This document shows, piece by piece, positions 60,263-64,000 of a stretch of 64,000 nucleotides of DNA (the stretch's first letter is position 1; each line of letters opens with the position of its first letter). The stretch lies in the NCBI GenBank assembly GCA_964523615.1, contig CAZFZU010000002.1, positions 33,682 to 97,681 on the forward strand. The letters run 5' to 3'. The translations under genes and the position numbers were made by a program. Under the pieces are notes generated by a model. That model saw only the letters and a list, made by a program, of their open reading frames with translations, searched no databases and had not been told where the DNA came from. Source of the stretch: an uncultured Eubacteriales bacterium (lineage in GTDB: Bacteria > Acidobacteriota > Aminicenantia > Aminicenantales > Saccharicenantaceae).

Positions 60263-60998
60263 GGCTGTCCCTCTTGAGGAAGAATGTCCGGATGAAGGGG
60301 TCGGCCGAGCCGGCCAGCCCGGCGGCCGCGCCGGCGTGGTGGAGACGGCCCTCGTGGAGGACCAGGACCCGGTCGGCGATGCGCTCGATGGAGCGCAGCT
60401 CGTGGGTGACGACGACCAGGGTCGTCCCGAAGGTCTCCTTGAGCCGCAGGAGGAGGTCGTCGAGGAGCGACGACGTGATGGGGTCCAGCCCCGACGACGG
60501 CTCGTCGCAGAAGACGACGTCCGGGTCCATGGCCAGGGCCCGGGCCAGGGCGCCGCGCTTGCGCATGCCCCCGGAGAGCTCGGCGGGGGTTTTCGCCGCG
60601 GCGTCGGCCATCTCGACCTGGGCCAGTCCGGCATAGACCATGTCGCGGACCACGGCTTCGGGGATCCCCGGATAGTGCATGCGGATGGGCAGGGCGACGT
60701 TCTCGTAGAGGCTCAGCCCGTTGAGCAGGGCCCCGCCCTGGTAGAGGACGCCGATGCGCTCGTAGAGGGTCCCCAGGGACCGTTCGGAACGGTAATCGAC
60801 CGGCGCTCCGGCGAAGTCGAACGCGCCGCCGAGGGGCGGCAGGAGCCCGGCCAGGGTCTTGAGCAGGGTCGACTTGCCCGAGCCGCTGACGCCCAGGACG
60901 ACCGTGATCAGCCCCTCCGGGACGCCGAAGTCCAGCCCTTCGAGGACGGGCTCCTTCCCGTAGCCGACCGTGAGACCGTGCGCGCGGATGATGTCCAT
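60249..60998 (-). CDS. MlaF-like ABC transporter ATP-binding protein
   Basis: I chose the start MDIIRAHGL. Walker A GVSGSGKST, signature LSGGMRKR, Walker B VVFCDEPSSGLD. Confidence 0.9.
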   Translation of the reverse strand: MDIIRAHGLTVGYGKEPVLEGLDFGVPEGLITVVLGVSGSGKSTLLKTLAGLLPPLGGAFDFAGAPVDYRSERSLGTLYERIGVLYQGGALLNGLSLYENVALPIRMHYPGIPEAVVRDMVYAGLAQVEMADAAAKTPAELSGGMRKRGALARALAMDPDVVFCDEPSSGLDPITSSLLDDLLLRLKETFGTTLVVVTHELRSIERIADRVLVLHEGRLHHAGAAAGLAGSADPFIRTFFLKRDSHDDA

Positions 60999-61000
60999 GG

Positions 61001-62074
61001 TCAATAGATCACGAAAGCGAAGATGCAGTCGAGGACGATGATCAGGGTGATGGACAGGACGACGGATTCCGTCGTGGCCCGGCCGACCTCCTCGGCGCTG
61101 CGGCCGACGGTCAGGCCCTTGAAGCCGGCCCCCACGACCACGGCCCAGCCGAAGACGACCGTCTTGACGAGCCCCCAGGCGAAATCGACCCAGCCGACCG
61201 TGTTGACCATCTGGTCCAGGAAGGCCGCCGGCAGCATGCCGAAGGTGATCCGGGCCACGACCATGCCGCCGAGGATGCCGGCCACGTCGGCCATGGCCAC
61301 CAGGAGCGGCACGACCAGGGTGATGGCCAGGAGCCGGGGCACCATGAGGAACTTCTCCGGGACCAGGCCCATCGTCCGCAGGGCGTCGACCTCCTCGAGC
61401 ACGGTCATGCTGGCCAATTCGGCGGTCACGGCCGCGCCGACCTTGCCGGCCAGGATGACCCCGGCCATGAGCGGCACGAGCTCCCGGAGCATGGCGTAGC
61501 CGATGATGTCGGCGATGAAGACGTCGGCCCCGAAGACCCGGAGCTGCTCGGCCGAGGTGATGGAGATGGTCACGCCGACCAGGAACAGGAGCAGGCAGAC
61601 GATGGGGTACGACTGGTAGCCCATGAAGTACATCTGGTTCCAGGTCTCGCCCGGATAGACGCCCTTGCGCTCGCGCAGATAGACGCCGATGTGGAAGACC
61701 TCGTCGCCGAGCATGGCCAGGAACCGGCCCAGGTCGCGGGCGTGACCGAGGAAGCGCTCGGCGTAGGCCCGGAAGAAGCGGCCGGGGCGGCCCGGGCCGG
61801 CCGGCGCGGCGGGCTTGGCCGGCCAGACCGTGTCGGGCGGGCACGCGAGCGCCTCGCGGGCCCGGACGAGGGGCTCGGGAACGCCGGTGACGGAGACCCC
61901 GGGGACCTCTTTGCCGACATAGCCAAGAAAAGCTAAGGTCGAGCCGTCGAACTCTTCGACCTGGTCGAAGTCGAGGACAAGGGTCTCCCCGACCTCCAGG
62001 CGCCGGACCTCGTCGAGGACGCCGACGACCTCCGGGGCCCGGAACCTCTTGGGAAGGGAGACGGTCCGGCTCAT
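61001..62074 (-). CDS. MlaE-like ABC permease with N-terminal STAS-like domain
   Basis: An N-terminal segment of about 90 aa (VLDFDQVEEFDGSTLAFLGYV) resembles STAS/MlaB. The MlaE core contains ELVPLMAGVILAGKVGAAVTAELASMTV.EEVDALRTMG. Confidence 0.85.
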   Translation of the reverse strand: MSRTVSLPKRFRAPEVVGVLDEVRRLEVGETLVLDFDQVEEFDGSTLAFLGYVGKEVPGVSVTGVPEPLVRAREALACPPDTVWPAKPAAPAGPGRPGRFFRAYAERFLGHARDLGRFLAMLGDEVFHIGVYLRERKGVYPGETWNQMYFMGYQSYPIVCLLLFLVGVTISITSAEQLRVFGADVFIADIIGYAMLRELVPLMAGVILAGKVGAAVTAELASMTVLEEVDALRTMGLVPEKFLMVPRLLAITLVVPLLVAMADVAGILGGMVVARITFGMLPAAFLDQMVNTVGWVDFAWGLVKTVVFGWAVVVGAGFKGLTVGRSAEEVGRATTESVVLSITLIIVLDCIFAFVIY

Positions 62075-64000
62075 TTCACCCCCGGCAGGACGACGACGGT
62101 CTGGGCCCGCTCGGGGGCCGTGACGGGGAAGCGGACGGTCCGGCCGTCCGCGGCGGCCTCGACGTAGTACTCGATGTCGCCCGCCGGGGCCGGCAGGCGG
62201 ACCTCGTAGACGCCCCGGGCGACGTGCCCGAAGGGGACCCGGGCGAACTCGCCCCGGCCCATCTCTCGCCAGAACAGGGCGACTTCGCCGGCCTCGGCCC
62301 GGGCCAAGACCAGGGCTTTGAGCGAGAGGGCCTCGCCGGCCTCGAGCGAGGTCCGCACGGCCGGCACGACGAGCCGCGGAGGCCCGTCGTAGTCCTGCGA
62401 CAGCCGGGCTTCGGCCGGGAGCTCGGTCCCGAGCAGGGCGGCCAGCTCCGCCTCCGGCCGCTCCCAGGAGCCGGGCAGAAGGTGCTGTTCCCAGTTGGCG
62501 ACGGTCCCGAGCTCGCCCGTCGTGCTCACGGTAGCCAGGAGATCGGCGAAGACGCGCTTGAGCGAGGCGGCCATCTCGATCCGCACCGGCAGGGCCTCGG
62601 ACGTCAGAACCTCGCGGCGGGCGGCCTCGCTCCCGGCCGCCTTGGCCTTGGCCACGGAGGTGTTATAGACGGCCCACAGGCCGTTGAAGCGGGCCACCTC
62701 GCGCATGTAGCGGAACTGGGCCAACCAGTATTCGAACCGCTCCCGGTTGGCCGGGCCGGCGACCTTGGCCCCGACGGCGGCCAGGGCGTCGACGAAGGCG
62801 TAGGACGGGGCGACCTCGTCCCACGGCCGGGGATCCGGCTGGATGTTGCCGGGCCCGCCGATCCAGGTGACCGGCACGGGATGGCGGCCGTCGGCCGCGG
62901 CGAAGACGGCGGCGGCCTCGGGTCCGGCCTCGGGGCCGAACTGGGCCCGGGCCCAGTCCTCGTAGAGGTCGAGGGCCGGGAGGTGGCGGGCCGTCGGCGG
63001 CGCGTCGGCCTCGTAATCGAGCACGGCCGGCCCGCCGCAGTTGATCTTGCGGACGAAGCCCGGTCCCTCGACGACGAGCCCGGCCAGGGCCGGGTAATGG
63101 ATGCGGTCGGCGAAGTCGATCGTGAGACGTCCGTCGGCGACGGCGACGCCCTCGACGCGCCGCTCGAGGGCCCGGAACCGGCCGGCCGCGGCGAAGATGT
63201 CGACGTTCTCGAGAACGCGGCGGCCCTGGACGAGGACGTCGAAGACCCGGCCGCGGGCCCGGTCGATCTGGCCCTCGACGAACTGCAGGGTCACCGCGTA
63301 GGTCCCGTTGGGCACCTCGAGGCGGTAGCCGAAGACACGGTCGCGGACGTCGGCGAAGACGGGGGCCAGGCGCCCGGCCCCGGCGACGGCGCGTCCGGCG
63401 AAGCTCACGGGCTCGCCGGTGACGGGCCCGGTCTCCTCGGCCAGGCTCTTGGCAAGCGTGTTCCAGGGCTGCTCCCAGGCCGCTCTGGCCAAGGCCAGGA
63501 CGTTGGCCGAGAGAGCGCGCGTCCGCCAGTGGATGCCGAGCAGGCCGTCGCAGCCGTAGCGGAGGGCGTCGGCGGCGTCCCGGCGCATCCGGCCGGCCCA
63601 GAGCTGGGGTGAGGTCAGGGCCGGGTCGTCCTCCATCCAGGGGATGGCCCACAGGGAGCGGCCGGCGACGCGGGCGAAGCCCGGGTCGACGGGGGCCTTG
63701 CCGACCTCGCGGTTGATCGTGCTCAGGGCCACGTCCTTGGGCAGGACCTGGTCGAAGAGGGTCCGGTTGGAGGGCGGGCCGAGGACCCAGCCGCAGGTGG
63801 CCAGGCGAAAGGGCGGCGTGGCCTCGCGCCAGGCCTCGACGGCCATGGCCAGGTCGGTGGTCACGGCGGCGACGGCCTCCGGCGAGGCGTCGTCCCAAGT
63901 CCAGCCCTCGGTCGTCCAGAACCAGTAGTAGTCGACGGGATAGGCCGCGGCGATGCGGCCGAACATGGCCTTGTAGAGGTCCTTGACCACGGCCGGGTCC
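62071..64000 (-). CDS. Malectin-domain protein, putative glycoside hydrolase (N-terminus outside window)
   Basis: The frame is open to the window edge. A central block (WIGGPGN..., GIHWRTRA, WMEDDP) resembles a carbohydrate-active enzyme. The FVRKINCGGPAVLDYEADA region resembles a malectin/di-glucose-binding domain. The stop codon overlaps the mlaE-like start (ATGA). Confidence 0.55.
   Translation of the reverse strand, partial: DPAVVKDLYKAMFGRIAAAYPVDYYWFWTTEGWTWDDASPEAVAAVTTDLAMAVEAWREATPPFRLATCGWVLGPPSNRTLFDQVLPKDVALSTINREVGKAPVDPGFARVAGRSLWAIPWMEDDPALTSPQLWAGRMRRDAADALRYGCDGLLGIHWRTRALSANVLALARAAWEQPWNTLAKSLAEETGPVTGEPVSFAGRAVAGAGRLAPVFADVRDRVFGYRLEVPNGTYAVTLQFVEGQIDRARGRVFDVLVQGRRVLENVDIFAAAGRFRALERRVEGVAVADGRLTIDFADRIHYPALAGLVVEGPGFVRKINCGGPAVLDYEADAPPTARHLPALDLYEDWARAQFGPEAGPEAAAVFAAADGRHPVPVTWIGGPGNIQPDPRPWDEVAPSYAFVDALAAVGAKVAGPANRERFEYWLAQFRYMREVARFNGLWAVYNTSVAKAKAAGSEAARREVLTSEALPVRIEMAASLKRVFADLLATVSTTGELGTVANWEQHLLPGSWERPEAELAALLGTELPAEARLSQDYDGPPRLVVPAVRTSLEAGEALSLKALVLARAEAGEVALFWREMGRGEFARVPFGHVARGVYEVRLPAPAGDIEYYVEAAADGRTVRFPVTAPERAQTVVVLPGVK

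Overview
This window is 64 kb of a very GC-rich bacterial chromosome. Coding third positions are almost all G/C and only a few intergenic islands are AT-rich. It is densely coded: about 58 protein genes and 1 tRNA. I saw no rRNA, CRISPR array, transposase, integrase or phage genes. Many neighbouring genes overlap by 1-17 nt at their start and stop codons.

Layout:
- 1-2312 (minus): FadL-type outer-membrane channel, DUF3467 protein, agmatinase.
- 2645-6196 (plus): ABC-2 exporter pair, TPR-like protein, prepilin peptidase.
- 6193-7729 (minus): tRNA-CAU followed by tilS.
- 7798-20645 (minus): one tightly packed string of pilC, pilB, pilMNOP-like genes, pilQ, a P-loop NTPase, a MoaD-like carrier, a tungsten-type aldehyde:ferredoxin oxidoreductase and a tandem class II aldolase, followed by a HAMP/HD-GYP protein.
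- 20813-25365 (plus): small secreted protein, PDZ-GAF-PAS histidine kinase, sigma54-dependent response regulator.
- 25362-30969: M1 peptidase, YkoF/MTH1187 protein, SAM decarboxylase, Lrp, glnA.
- 31019-37776 (plus): five overlapping genes, NuoE-like, NuoF-like, NuoG-like, NfnA and NfnB.
- 37795-49152 (plus): amidohydrolase, M50 protease, scpAB, rpsA, IHF/HU, HIT, PpiD-like chaperone, OPT transporter, M29 aminopeptidase.
- 49151-58715 (plus): an accessory-looking catabolic block of a C-S lyase, a kinase-M23-aminotransferase fusion, an APC permease, pirin, a URO-D-family enzyme and a sugar MFS transporter. Four of its intergenic gaps (before the C-S lyase, pirin, URO-D-family and MFS genes) carry copies of a GGGGACAYGTCCCC palindrome.
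- 58728-64000 (minus): an Mla/MCE-type ABC system preceded by a malectin-domain hydrolase-like gene.

The best candidates for something new are:
1. The NuoEFG-like plus NfnAB five-gene operon.
2. The palindrome family and the 146-bp long-stem element that covers the C-S lyase start codon.
3. The AOR, tandem-aldolase and cofactor-maturation genes fused to the end of the pilus operon.
4. The three-domain kinase/M23/aminotransferase protein.

All functional calls come from recognising motifs by eye in the supplied translations. No database or HMM search was possible, and start codons are best guesses.
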